Positions 23,145 through 36,225 of a stretch of 64,000 nucleotides of DNA are shown one piece after another. The stretch is from assembly GCA_002269645.1 (NCBI GenBank), contig NIVC01002294.1:1-64000 (forward strand), given 5' to 3'. Below the pieces are notes generated by a model. The model was given only the letters and a program-made list of their open reading frames with translations, searched no databases and had not been told where the DNA came from. Both the position numbers and the translations under genes were made by a program. The stretch comes from Macrostomum lignano. Taxonomy: Eukaryota. Position 1 is the stretch's first letter, and each line of letters begins with the position of its first letter.

Positions 23145-24735
23145 ACAGACCCCAGCCAGCTTTCCATGCCCTCACTGAGCTCGGGGTGCTGGACCCCAGC
23201 CAGCTTTCCATGCCCGCACTGAGCTCGGGGTGCTGGACTCCAGCCAGCTTTCCATGCCCGCACTGAGCTCGGGGTGCTGGACCCCGCCAGCTTTCCATCC
23301 CGCACTGAGCTCGGGGTGCTGGACCTCAGCCAGCTTTCCATGCCCGCACTGAGCTCGGGGTGCTGGACTCCAGCCAGCTTTCCATGCCCGCACTGAGCTC
23401 GGGGTGCTGGACTCCAGCCAGCTTTCCATGCCCGCACTGAGCTCGGGGTGCTGGACTCCAGCCAGCTTTCCATGCCCGCACTGAGCTCGGGGTGCTGGAC
23501 TCCAGCCAGCTTTCCATGCCCGCACTGAGCTCGGGGTGCTGGACTCCAGCCAGCTTTCCATGCCCGCACTGAGCTCGGGGTGCTGGACTCCAGCCAGCTT
23601 TCCATGCCCGCACTGAGCTCGGGGTGCTGGACTCCAGCCAGCTTTCCATGCCCGCACTGAGCTCGGGGTGCTGGACTCCAGCCAGCTTTCCATGCCCGCA
23701 CTGAGCTCGGGGTGCTGGACTCCAGCCAGCTTTCCATGCCCGCACTGAGCTCGGGGTGCTGGACTCCAGCCAGCTTTCCATGCCCGCACTGAGCTCGGGG
23801 TGCTGGACTCCAGCCAGCTTTCCATGCCCGCACTGAGCTCGGGGTGCTGGACTCCAGCCAGCTTTCCATGCCCGCACTGAGCTCGGGGTGCTGGACTCCA
23901 GCCAGCTTTCCATGCCCGCACTGAGCTCGGGGTGCTGGACTCCAGCCAGCTTTCCATGCCCGCACTGAGCTCGGGGTGCTGGACCCCGCCAGCTTTCCAT
24001 CCCGCACTGAGCTCGGGGTGCTGGACCTCAGCCAGCTTTCCATGCCTTCACTGAGCTCGGGGTGCTGGACCTCAGCCAGCTTTCCATGCCCGCACTGAGC
24101 TCGGGGTGCTGGACTCCAGCCAGCTTTCCATGCCCGCACTGAGCTCGGGGTGCTGGACCCCGCCAGCTTTCCATCCCGCACTGAGCTCGGGGTGCTGGAC
24201 CTCAGCCAGCTTTCCATGCCCGCACTGAGCTCGGGGTGCTGGACTCCAGCCAGCTTTCCATGCCCGCACTGAGCTCGGGGTGCTGGACTCCAGCCAGCTT
24301 TCCATGCCCGCACTGAGCTCGGGGTGCTGGACTCCAGCCAGCTTTCCATGCCCGCACTGAGCTCGGGTGCTGGACTCCAGCCAGCTTTCCATGCCCGCAC
24401 TGAGCTCGGGGTGCTGGACTCCAGCCAGCTTTCCATGCCCGCACTGAGCTCGGGGTGCTGGACTCCAGCCAGCTTTCCATGCCCGCACTGAGCTCGGGGT
24501 GCTGGACTCCAGCCAGCTTTCCATGCCCGCACTGAGCTCGGGGTGCTGGACTCCAGCCAGCTTTCCATCCCGCACTGAGCTCGGGGTGCTGGACCTCAGC
24601 CAGCTTTCCATGCCCGCACTGAGCTCGGGGTGCTGGACCCCAGCCAGCTTTCCATGCCCGCACTGAGCTCGGGGTGCTGGACTCCAACCAGCTTTCCATC
24701 CCGCACTGAGCTCCGGGTGTTGGACTCCAGCCAGC
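23145..24735. repeat. 44-bp minisatellite (CCAGCCAGCTTTCCATGCCCGCACTGAGCTCGGGGTGCTGGACT)
   Basis: About 36 units; the long minus-strand ORFs are 3-unit (44-aa) periodic artefacts. Confidence 0.95.
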
Positions 24736-25607
24736 CGCCATCAAATTAACCATCAAATCACACCCATTCGTACAGTGTGATCACACACAATGGGCCTCGT
24801 TTGATGTCGATGTGAACGAGCCACAATTGTCTGCAAGTTTACCATAAGAGTTGCCAGACTTGCCACCATCTACGGCACCCAATAGGGCTGAAGGTGCTCG
24901 CAGGGAGCCGATTTTATTCAGGGGACATCCAGTGGGATAATTAGCTCAGGCTGAGCGCTATTAATGAACTTACAGAAAGTCTTGGACCAAAGTTTCTGTC
25001 CAGTTTAATCTCAAAATGTTTAGCATTGCATATCTCGGTTGGCCTACTGACAACAGTAGACTGTTGTGAACAGGGCAACTATAATTATTTCCTTTGTTTT
25101 AAAATTTCACAAACCGCGCAATTAGGTGGTGCAACAATGCGCGGAAAATTCTAGAAATTTCTTCCCCACCCCTGGCGCAGTGGGTCGATACCAGCGAGCC
25201 CCTGCCCGACCAGCAGCTGACTGCAACTGCGTGTCTGCTGCCACATTTGTAAGCAACTTGTAATCGACCCTGACTTCACTCAGACCCGATCTTGCGTCCC
25301 ATTGAGAAAGGAGAATTATAATCAATAGCTACCAGATCTGAATAGCTGTGACATCAGAGCTTTCCAAGCAGAAGGACGCTACAGTACAGGTTGTGCAAAT
25401 TGGCAAGTTCTCAATCCTAGCACTGAATAATCACAATTTATGCTAATGAGCAACGCGGAAATTATGCGAACTTCATATGGAATCACATGCACTTCTCTCT
25501 TTTCAATCTTTTCAAAGCCATCATTATTTGCAGCGCAAAAATTTTCCCTTTTAAAAAAAGCATAAATTTTCTAAGAATGCATTTCTGCTAGCTAATGCTT
25601 GTGTATG

Positions 25608-25990
25608 AACCGATCTGGCAGCTGCTAACGCTTGCCTTCAGTATTGTATGTGCCGATCTGGCAGCTGCTAACGCTTGCCTTCAGTGTTGAATGTGCCGAT
25701 CTGGCAGCTGCCAACGCTTGCCTTCAGTGTTGAATGTGCCGATCTGGCAGCTGCTAACGCTTGCCTTCAGTATTGAATGTGCCGATCTGGCAGCTGCTAA
25801 CGCTTGCCTTCAGTATTGAATGTGCCGATCTGGCAGCTGCTAACGCTTGCCTTCAGTATTGAATGTGCCGATCTGGCAGCTGCTAACGCTTGCCTTCAGT
25901 ATTGAATGTGCCGTTCTGGCAGCTGCTAACGCTTGCCTTCAGTATTGAATGTGCCGATCTGGCAGCTGCTAACGCTTGCCTTCAGTATTG
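25608..25990. repeat. 43-bp minisatellite (CCGATCTGGCAGCTGCTAACGCTTGCCTTCAGTATTGAATGTG)
   Basis: About 9 units. Confidence 0.95.
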
Positions 25991-26309
25991 ATCGGTGCAG
26001 CGTCCTTTAAGTCGATCGGTCCTCAAGCTGAGACTGACTGGCGGCAAGACTGACTGTTGCCTGTCCTGGAATACATTTTTGGATAATTTAATGAATTCTG
26101 GTTCCGCTGGGATCGCTGTGTGGGGAGTTAGTTGAGAAGACGGCTCAATGTCATTTTGAGCTGTTGCGGGCAGCTCATTAAATATCTGATCGCTATCCCG
26201 ATCCGCTTTGAGCTCTGCGCGGAAATGAATTTTTGCGATTTGCTTGGCCGCGCTTCCTGCGGGAGTTTCCGCGCACAGCTTTACTGGCTGAAGTTGCTTA
26301 GCGCCCGGC

Positions 26310-26500
26310 TGGGCCATGGATTGCCAATCGGCAATATCGCTCGATCGGAGCAACCAGCTGTTCACTTCCTTCGGGACCGCCGCGGCTCGTGGGGCGGGCG
26401 GCTCAACTGCGTGCGTGCGCGGGCCGCCCTCCCGCATGAGACTCTGCCACATTGCCCGCACCGTGCGCTGAGCCTCCGCCCGGCCTCCATTGGCTGCGGC
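26310..26500 (+). promoter_or_regulatory. Possible CpG-rich promoter of the Maf gene (CCAAT/ATTGG and GC-box motifs)
   Basis: GCCAAT at about 26322, GGGGCGGG at 26391, ATTGGC at about 26488; short motifs only, no functional evidence. Confidence 0.25.
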
Positions 26501-26692
26501 AGCAGGGCGAACTCCAGTCCCCCTCACCGGCTCTGAATATTTGAGCAGCCCGGCCCAGCAGCTGCCGCCTCCCCTTTGCGGGCCTTCCATAGCAGAGCGC
26601 GCACAGCTCAAAGCCCAGCTCAGACAGAACACATTTTACCCTGCCAGCACTCTGCAATTACCCAGCAGCCAAGCAGCTTTGCCTCGCCCGCG

Positions 26693-27403
26693 ATGGAGAT
26701 CGACTTGCCTCTGTACTCGCTCGGTCCGGCCGCCATCTGCAGCCAGGATTTCGGCCTGCCGGCCTCCCAGGTCGGCGACGCTTCTGCTGACGGTCGCGTC
26801 AGCCCTTCGGACGTGTGCGTGGCGGTGAAGTGCGAGGACGAGGACTTCCTGAAGGACATCCTGGACCTGTCGGACAGCCTTTCCCCGCCGGACAGCGGCT
26901 GCCACACCGGCCAGTCTACGCCGGCCCACTACTGCGAGTTCCCGCTCGCGTTTTCGCCGCCGCCGTCGCCGCTGGACGAGTCGGAGGAAGTCGGAGCGGC
27001 CGGCGACGACGAGGACGACGGGCTGAGCGTCTCGGACGGCCCGGGCGGCTCTTCGGCCGGCACCGGTATCTCCGACTACGACCTGGTGTCGCTGAGCATC
27101 AAGGACCTCAACCTACGCCTGCGCCACCTGCCCAAGTCGCGGGTTCTGCAGCTCAAGCACCGCAGGCGGACGCTGAAGAACCGGCAGTACGCGCACGTGT
27201 GCCGCCTGCGCCGGCAGAAGAGCCAGGCCGAGCTGGCCACCGAGAGTGTCGGCATGGCCCGCCAGATCGCCAGCCTCCGCCTGCAGCTGGACCGCGCCAA
27301 CCGCGAGCGGGACCTGTACCGGGACGAGCTGCGCCGTGTCCAGCAGCACCTGCTGCAGCATCACCGGCCGCCGGCCTTCAGCGACACTGCAGCGCTGCTC
27401 TGA
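26693..27403 (+). CDS. MAF: Large-Maf-family bZIP transcription factor, 236 aa, intronless
   Basis: DLVSLSIKDLNLRLRHL...LKHRRRTLKNRQYAHVCRLRR...RERDLYR matches the Maf extended homology region, basic region (RRRTLKNRGYA..CR) and zipper (RERDAYK in large Mafs); acidic, Ser/Pro-rich N-terminus; ATG 26693 preferred over the GTG-started ORF call. Confidence 0.9.
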   Translation: MEIDLPLYSLGPAAICSQDFGLPASQVGDASADGRVSPSDVCVAVKCEDEDFLKDILDLSDSLSPPDSGCHTGQSTPAHYCEFPLAFSPPPSPLDESEEVGAAGDDEDDGLSVSDGPGGSSAGTGISDYDLVSLSIKDLNLRLRHLPKSRVLQLKHRRRTLKNRQYAHVCRLRRQKSQAELATESVGMARQIASLRLQLDRANRERDLYRDELRRVQQHLLQHHRPPAFSDTAALL

Positions 27404-29127
27404 CGGCCAGCCGCTTTCCCGCCTCCCCGAGCCCAGCATCCCCCGACTCTCCAGCCCGGACTACCGACTCGATGGCCATCGAATCCGCGACGCTTTTCAA
27501 TTCAGCGACCGACAATTCAGCGCAGCCCGACAAGAAGCCGCCGGTGGGTGGCTGCGCTTTCCGCCCCCGACTCCGCCCCCAGCTCGAACTCGCCTGACCT
27601 GAACCGGACCGGACCGACCGACGCTGCCCCCGCCGCCGCCGCCTTCTCTGGTGCCCGGGTTTCTATCAGCCACCGCCCCCGTGACTTCCAGCGCTCGACC
27701 CCGAGTGCTGCTTCGCCCCCTAAGCTGAGTCTGTGCATTTGAATATTTGAACCGCGGGTTCCTGCTGGCTTCCCCAGCAGCAGCTTCGCCCCCCCTCGAG
27801 CGCCATTGCAGGCTCGCGCCGCTGTCAATCCATTGTTGTAGCAACAGAAAATGTACTTTTAGCTGACTTGTTTGAGCCTCCGTCTCCAGCCTCCCGCGGT
27901 CCCTTCATCCTGCCGGCTGTCGGAGCTCCCGGGGCCAGCGCGAGTGCAGCAGCCCGTGGCACTCCTTCCGGTGCCGCCTGCCCCGTCTCCGCCGCCCGCG
28001 CCCCGCTGATCGCCCGCCTGTCGAGCGCCGCCTTCGTTGAGCGCGCCGACGCGGCGCTGATCGCGGAGCGGCGCGCCGGAGATGCCGGACGGTCGGACCG
28101 GCTATGAAGGGAGGTCGTGGGTTCGCGCCTCGTATTTGACGGTCCCGGGTTCGGTCTCTGTCGAGCTCCGTGGCGAGACGCCAGTCTCAGCGGGGCTCGC
28201 AGAGGCGCCGCAGACGGCAGTCCGGAGGCGGCCGCTGGGGGCGAGATGAGGCTCAGAATCTGGGAGAAGACGAGACAGCAGCAGGTGCCGCGCGATGGCG
28301 CCGCCGGGTTGGGGCGCCCCGTCGCGAATAGAACTTCAGCAGTGCTTTTGTCCTTGGCAAGCCGACCAAGCTGTAAAGATCCGATTCACTGTGCATACAG
28401 AAGACACCAGTGCTCCGCAACCACCGCAGAGTTCATATTTGTTTGTTGCTCTCAACACCGCCCGCTCACCTCGGGGCTCAGAGGGAAGTCAAACTGCTGC
28501 CTACCTGTGCTGGCATTCCCTCTGGCCTGAGCTCCATCCCAGACTCTGATGAAGCATTGTAGGCAATAGAAACTGAAACTTATTAAAATAAACTGTGATT
28601 TTCTCTCTCCAGTGTTCCTGTTTGGCATTCACAAATTCTGCGATCCTGGCTTGCGTTTTTTGCCGAGGTTTGGTGGACTGGGATTTCAGTGATGGGGGAT
28701 CTCCGCCAACACATTGGTAAGGAGGAACCAACTCTGCAGTCGGATCCATGCACTCCCAGATGCTCCCATTTCGAGCCCAAAGAGTGCAAACTGAGTCCCG
28801 AAGTCGCACAGCGCGCTCAGACCCGGTCTTCCCAACGCAGCCCTCCAGCGCCGCCCCTACCTCCGCAAAGCGGAAGTTTCCCGCAATCGATCGACAGAAA
28901 ATTCTTTTCTCCCCTTTATTAGGGAGATTTTCTTGCACGCTTCGCTCAGTTTTGCTGGCGTTGTTCTCCCAACCCCCTTAATCACCCCACTTCCCGATCC
29001 CAGTCGGGTTACGGGCAAAGCTTAATTCTCTGCGCCCCCCGTCCGGGCAGCGGCGGGCCAGGAGAGAAAGAACTGAGCGAGCTGGCTGGGGCTGCACCGC
29101 CACTGCCACTGAGCTGCTCCTGTGTGC

Positions 29128-29855
29128 GTTCACTCACTCACTCACTCACTCACTCACTCACTCACTCACTCACTCACTCACTCACTCACTCACTCACTCA
29201 TCACTCACTCACTCACTCACTCACTCACTCACTCACTCACTTACTCACTCACTCATCACTCACTCACTCACTCACTCACTCATCACTCACTCACTCACTC
29301 ACTCACTCATCCTCACTCACTCACTCACTCACTCACTCACTCACTCACTCACTCACTCACTCACTCACTTACTCACTCACTCATCACTCACTCACTCACT
29401 CACTCACTCACTCATCACTCACTCACTCACTCACTCACTCACTCACTCATTCACTCACTCACTTACTCACTCACTCACTCACTCACTCACTCACTCACTC
29501 ACTCACTCACTCACTCACTCACTCATTCACTCATTCACTCACTCACTCACTCACTCACTCACTCACACTCTCACCCACTCACCCACTCACTTACTCACTC
29601 ACTCACCCACTCGCCCACTCACTCACTCACTCACTTACTCACTCACTCACTCACTCACTCACTCACTCACTCATCACTCACTCACTCACTCATCACTCAC
29701 TCATCACTCACTCACTCACTCACTCACTCACTCACTCACTCACTCACTCACTCACTCACTCACTTACTCACTCACTCATCACTCACTCACTCACTCACTC
29801 ACTCACTCACTCACTCACCCACTCGCTCACTCACTCATCACTCACTCACTCACTC
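29128..29855. repeat. (CACT)n microsatellite
   Basis: About 180 units, imperfect. Confidence 0.97.
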
Positions 29856-30788
29856 AGGCAAGGCACTGCCAAGCAAGTATTCTCGCTGCTGGCTCCGGTG
29901 CATTGGACTTTTTTCCGTCTAATTTTCTTAGCTTACAAACTTTTCTTTTGCGGTGCAATCGCTCTGCTGCTATGCTGATCAGGAACCCCCCAGCACCTGC
30001 TTTGCTCAAACGTTGAGCCCCTTCCTCTCTTTTCTTTCTCTTTCTCGTCTCCTCCACCGCTGTGTTTTTTCCTCCTGTTGCCATGAGCTCCCCTGTCCCC
30101 ATTCAGATCCCTGAAACAATGGCGCTGGTTAGACTGGGGGCTGAGCAGGGGGTCCCGCAGTGCGCCAGCCGGCTTCCGCAGCAACCAAGTCGGTGCAGCA
30201 GTCCAGAGCTTGCAGCGCAGTGGCAGACAGCTCTTGCAGCGGCGAGTCACCTGCTAAGCTGGCGCGTGCCTCCTGGCCAGCCAAGCCGCGGAGGCAGCAG
30301 ATAAGCTAGGCAGGTCGCGGGGGGCTGCAGCAGATAAAGGGCTGCGCACTCTCAGCTCGCGACGTCAGCTTGCAAACTCGCAGAGAGCGAAGAAGAAATT
30401 CGGCAATCGAGAAACTGAAAGCGCTTGCGCTGGACTCTACTGCCGTCAGTAGGCAGTCGTGCGCGCAGCTTAAGCGCTCTTTCAATCCATTAGCTAATCC
30501 ATGAATGAATTTACTACTCATTGAAACGAAATTCTTTATCTCTTCAATACATTTTAATAAACTCAACGACCAACACCGGCGAAATTTTCGGCTATCGTAG
30601 TATAGGAATTGGAACAGGCAACGGCTACTGTCAGTAGCAACTGCTGCTTCTGAGCAAACTATCATAGACTGGTTTATTACGAGCTAAGATTATCATAGAG
30701 CAGTGCAATGTGGAAGTGTTTGCACATGGCAATAGCGTTCATCAGTTCTAAGAAATCCACTGAAAATCCGCTGCCGATCGGCAGTCCG

Positions 30789-30894
30789 TCACGTGACCGA
30801 GTACTTGCTCCTGAGGTAGGTGCTGAAGGACGCCATCTCCGGGTCACCTGGGATTTTCGGCGACGTCCAGCGGTCGAAAGCTGCCGGCGGGTCT
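30789..30894 (-). CDS. Possible orphan terminal exon (xPPAAFDRWTSPKIPGDPEMASFSTYLRSKYSVT*)
   Basis: TTGTAG acceptor immediately next to the 27-bp array, protein-like frame ending in TGA; upstream exons not resolved. Confidence 0.3.
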
Positions 30895-30904
30895 ACAATG
30901 CGAG

Positions 30905-31910
30905 TTGAGACCCTGTATTTGAGAGACAGGTATGAGACCCTGTATTTGAGAGACAGGTATGAGACCCTGTATTTGAGAGACAGGTATGAGACCCTGTATT
31001 TGAGAGACAGGTATGAGACCCTGTATTTGAGAGACAGGTATGAGACCCTGTATTTGAGAGACAGGTATGAGACCCTGTATTTGAGAGACAGGTATGAGAC
31101 CCTGTATTTGAGAGACAGGTATGAGACCCTGTATTTGAGAGACAGGTATGAGACCCTGTATTTGAGAGACAGGTATGAGACCCTGTATTTGAGAGACAGG
31201 TATGAGACCCTGTATTTGAGAGACAGGTATGAGACCCTGTATTTGAGAGACAGGTATGAGACCCTGTATTTGAGAGACAGGTATGAGACCCTGTATTTGA
31301 GAGACAGGTATGAGACCCTGTATTTGAGAGACAAGTATGTGACCCTGTATTTGAGAGACAGGTATGAGACCCTGTATTTGAGAGACAGGTATGAGACCCT
31401 GTATTTGAGAGACAGGTATGAGACCCTGTATTTGAGAGACAGGTATGAGACCCTGTATTTGAGAGACAGGTATGAGACCCTGTATTTGAGAGACAGGTAT
31501 GAGACCCTGTATTTGAGAGACAGGTATGAGACCCTGTATTTGAGAGACAGGTATGAGACCCTGTATTTGAGAGACAGGTATGAGACCCTGTATTTGAGAG
31601 ACAGGTATGAGACCCTGTATTTGAGAGACAAGTATGTGACCCTGTATTTGAGAGACAGGTATGAGACCCTGTATTTGAGAGACAGGTATGAGACCCTGTA
31701 TTTGAGAGACAGGTATGAGACCCTGTATTTGAGAGACAGGTATGAGACCCTGTATTTGAGAGACAGGTATGAGACCCTGTATTTGAGACAGGTATGAGAC
31801 CAGGCTGAGACAGGTATGAGACCAGGGTGAGACAGGTATGAGACCAGGCTGAGACAGGTATGAGACCAGGGTGAGACAGGTATGAGACCAGGTTGAGACA
31901 GGTATGAGAC
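30905..31910. repeat. 27-bp minisatellite (GAGACCCTGTATTTGAGAGACAGGTAT) grading into about 20-bp variants
   Basis: About 33 units plus short variants; the in-frame ETLYLRDRY ORF is an artefact. Confidence 0.97.
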
Positions 31911-32211
31911 CATTGGGTGAGATCCAGTCCCAGTTCGGGGCGGAGCTGTGGCTGAGCAGTGCTCGCTTTTCAGCCAGGCCAGGGGGAGCAGTTCGTACTT
32001 TTATGACCTGCGATGGGAAGAAAATGCCGAAAAAGTCCGCGTCAATTTTTCTGAGCCGCCTTTGCATGAACCCTGGAATTGAGCCAGATATTCGCCAGTG
32101 GCCAAAGCTCTGAGTACAGCTCTGGGGCCCTGCCGAGTTACAGCAACAGGGAGATTTGGGAATTTACTCCGGCTTCGAAATTCATGACTTCATTTGCAAC
32201 TGCATGACCTA

Positions 32212-35200
32212 CGCTAGTGTGCTGTTATGCTAGTGTGTTGTTATGCTATATGCTAGTGTGCTGTTATGCTAATGGGCTGTTATGCTAGTGTGCTGTTATG
32301 CTAGTGTGTTGTTATGCTATATGCTAGTGTGCTGTTATGCTAATGGGCTGTTATGCTAGTGTGCTGTTATGCTAATGGGCAGTTATGCTAGTGGGCTGTT
32401 ATGCTAATGGGCTGTTATGCTAGTGTGCTGTTATGCTAATGGGCAGTTATGCTAGTGGGCTGTTATGCTAGTGTGCTGTTATGCTAATGTGTTGTTATGC
32501 TAGTGGGCTGTTATGATAGTGGGCTGTTATGATAGTGGGCTGTTATGCTAGTGGGCTGTTATGCTAATGGGCTGTTATGCTAGTGGGCTGTTATGCTAGT
32601 GGGCTGTTATGCTAATGTGTTGTTATGCTAGTGGGCTGTTATGCTAGTGGGCTGTTATGCTAGTGGGCTGTTATGCTAGTGGGCTGTTATGCTAATGGGC
32701 TTTTATGCTAGTGTGCTGTTATGCTAATGGGCAGTTATGCTAGTGGGCTGTTATGCTAGTGTGCTGTTATGCTAATGTGTTGTTATGCTAGTGGGCTGTT
32801 ATGATAGTGGGCTGTTATGATAGTGGGCTGTTATGCTAGTGTGCTGTTATGCTAATGGCTGCTATGATAGTGGGCTGTTATGATAGTGGGCTGTTATGCT
32901 AGTGGGCTGTTATGCTAGTGGGCTGTTATGCTAATGTGTTGTTATGCTAGTGGGCTGTTATGCTAGTAGGCTGTTATGCTAGTGGGCTGTTATGCTAGTG
33001 TGCTGTTATGCTAATGGCTGCTATGATAGTGGGCTGTTATGATAGTGGGCTGTTATGCTAGTGGGCTGTTATGCTAGTGGGCTGTTATGCTAATGTGTTG
33101 TTATGCTAGTGGGCTGTTATGCTAGTAGGCTGTTATGCTAGTGGGCTGTTATGCTAGTGGGCTGTTATGCTAGTGGGCTGTTATGCTAGTGTGCTGTTAT
33201 GCTAATGGGCAGTTATGCTAGTGGGCTGTTATGCTAGTGTGCTGTTATGCTAATGTGTTGTTATGCTAGTGGGCTGTTATGATAGTGGGCTGTTATGATA
33301 GTGGGCTGTTATGCTAGTGTGCTGTTATGCTAATGGCTGCTATGATAGTGGGCTGTTATGATAGTGGGCTGTTATGCTAGTGGGCTGTTATGCTAGTGGG
33401 CTGTTATGCTAATGTGTTGTTATGCTAGTGGGCTGTTATGCTAGTAGGCTGTTATGCTAGTGGGCTGTTATGCTAGTGGGCTGTTATGCTAGTGGGCTGT
33501 TATGCTAGTGGGCTGTTATGCTAATGTGTTGTTATGCTAGTGGGCTGTTATGCTAGTGGGCTGTTATGCTAGTGGGCTGTTATGCTAGTGGGCTGTTATG
33601 CTAGTGGGATGTTATGCTGGTGGGCTGTTATGCTAGTGGGATGTTATGCTGGTGGGCTGTTATGCTAGTGGGCTGTTATGATAGTGTGCTGTTATGCTAG
33701 TGTGTTGTTATGCTAGTGGGCTGTTATGCTAGTGGGCTGTTATGCTAGTGGGCTGTTATGCTAGTGGGCTGTTATGCTAGTGGGCTGTTATGCTAGTGGG
33801 CTGTTATGCTAGTGGGCTGTTATGCTAATGTGTTGTTATGCTAGTGGGCTGTTATGCTAGTGGGCTGTTATGCTAGTGGGCTGTTATGCTAATGTGTTGT
33901 TATGCTAGTGGGCTGTTATGCTAGTGGGCTGTTATGCTAGTGGGCTGTTATGCTAGTGGGCTGTTATGCTAGTGTGTTGTTATGCTAGTGTGTTGTTATG
34001 CTAGTGGGCTGTTATGATGGTGGGCTGTTATGATAGTGTGATGTTATGCTAGTGTGTTGTTATGCTAGTGGGCTGTTATGCTAGTGGGCTGTTATGCTAG
34101 TGTGTTGTTATGCTAGTGTGTTGTTATGCTAGTGGGCTGTTATGATGGTGGGCTGTTATGCTAGTGGGCTGTTATGATAGTGTGCTGTTATGCTAGTGGG
34201 CTGTTATGCTAGTGGGCTGTTATGCTAGTGGGCTGTTATGCTAATGTGTTGTTATGCTAGTGGGCTGTTATGCTAGTGGGCTGTTATGCTAGTGGGCTGT
34301 TATGCTAATGTGTTGTTATGCTAGTGGGCTGTTATGCTAGTGGGCTGTTATGCTAGTGGGCTGTTATGCTAGTGGGCTGTTATGCTAGTGTGTTGTTATG
34401 CTAGTGTGTTGTTATGCTAGTGGGCTGTTATGATGGTGGGCTGTTATGATAGTGTGATGTTATGCTAGTGTGTTGTTATGCTAGTGGGCTGTTATGCTAG
34501 TGGGCTGTTATGCTAGTGTGTTGTTATGCTAGTGTGTTGTTATGCTAGTGGGCTGTTATGATGGTGGGCTGTTATGCTAGTGGGCTGTTATGATAGTGTG
34601 CTGTTATGCTAGTGGGCTGTTATGCTAGTGGGCTGTTATGATGGTGGGCTGTTATGATAGTGTGATGTTATGCTAGTGTGTTGTTATGCTAGTGGGCTGT
34701 TATGCTAGTGGGCTGTTATGCTAGTGTGTTGTTATGCTAGTGTGTTGTTATGCTAGTGGGCTGTTATGATGGTGGGCTGTTATGCTAGTGGGCTGTTATG
34801 ATAGTGTGCTGTTATGCTAGTGGGCTGTTATGCTAGTGGGCTGTTATGCTAGTGGGCTGTTATGCTAATGTGTTGTTATGCTAGTGGGCTGTTATGCTAG
34901 TGGGCTGTTATGCTAGTGGGCTGTTATGCTAATGTGTTGTTATGCTAGTGGGCTGTTATGCTAGTGGGCTGTTATGCTAGTGTGTTGTTATGCTAGTGTG
35001 TTGTTATGCTAGTGGGCTGTTATGATAGTGTGCTGTTATGCTAGTGGGCTGTTATGCTAGTGGGCTGTTATGATAGTGTGCTGTTATGCTAGTGGGCTGT
35101 TATGCTAGTGGGCTGTTATGATGGTGGGCTGTTATGATAGTGTGATGTTATGCTAGTGTGTTGTTATGCTAGTGGGCTGTTATGCTAGTGGGCTGTTATG

Positions 35201-36225
35201 CTAGTGTGTTGTTATGCTAGTGTGTTGTTATGCTAGTGGGCTGTTATGATGGTGGGCTGTTATGCTAGTGGGCTGTTATGATAGTGTGCTGTTATGCTAG
35301 TGGGCTGTTATGCTAGTGGGCTGTTATGCTAGTGGGCTGTTATGCTAATGTGTTGTTATGCTAGTGGGCTGTTATGCTAGTGGGCTGTTATGCTAGTGGG
35401 CTGTTATGCTAATGTGTTGTTATGCTAGTGGGCTGTTATGCTAGTGGGCTGTTATGCTAGTGGGCTGTTATGCTAGTGGGCTGTTATGCTAGTGTGTTGT
35501 TATGCTAGTGTGTTGTTATGCTAGTGGGCTGTTATGATAGTGTGCTGTTATGCTAGTGGGCTGTTATGCTAGTGGGCTGTTATGCTAGTGGGCTGTTATG
35601 CTAATGTGTTGTTATGCTAGTGGGCTGTTATGCTAGTGGGCTGTTATGCTAGTGGGCTGTTATGCTAATGTGTTGTTATGCTAGTGGGCTGTTATGCTAG
35701 TGGGCTGTTATGCTAGTGGGCTGTTATGCTAGTGGGCTGTTATGCTAGTGTGTTGTTATGCTAGTGTGCTGTTATGCTAGTGGGCTGTTATGATAGTGTG
35801 CTGTTATGCTAGTGGGCTGTTATGCTAGTGGGCTGTTATGCTAGTGGGCTGTTATGCTAGTGGGCTGTTATGCTAGTGTGTTGTTATGCTAGTGTGCTGT
35901 TATGCTAGTGGGCTGTTATGATAGTGTGCTGTTATGCTAGTGGGCTGTTATGCTAGTGGGCTGTTATGCTAGTGGGCTGTTATGCTAATGTGTTGTTATG
36001 CTAGTGGGCTGTTATGCTAGTGGGCTGTTATGCTAGTGGGCTGTTATGCTAATGTGTTGTTATGCTAGTGGGCTGTTATGCTAGTGGGCTGTTATGCTAG
36101 TGGGCTGTTATGCTAGTGGGCTGTTATGCTAGTGTGTTGTTATGCTAGTGTGTTGTTATGCTAGTGGGCTGTTATGATAGTGTGCTGTTATGCTAGTGGG
36201 CTGTTATGCTAGTGGGCTGTTATGC
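32212..36225. repeat. 4-kb satellite of a 16-bp unit (GTTATGCTAGTGGGCT) with higher-order structure
   Basis: About 250 monomers; blocks 34621-34980 and 35101-35460 are identical (480-bp offset). Confidence 0.97.

Noticed and set aside
23012-24756. Long minus-strand ORFs (up to 518 aa)
   Set aside because: Pure translation of the 44-bp array cycling through three frames.
24930-24965. tRNA-like TAGCTCAGGCTGAGCGCT
   Set aside because: No B box, anticodon arm or acceptor stem.
27420-28550. Several GC-rich ORFs downstream of Maf
   Set aside because: Overlapping ORFs on both strands with no recognisable domain, as expected from high GC content alone.
29122-29978. His/Thr/Ser-rich ORFs
   Set aside because: Translation of a (CACT)n microsatellite.
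30789-32067. 325-407-aa ORFs (ETLYLRDRY / SQIQGLIPV repeats) as repeat proteins
   Set aside because: Stop-free 27-bp minisatellite with no synonymous variation pattern and no signal or anchor sequences.
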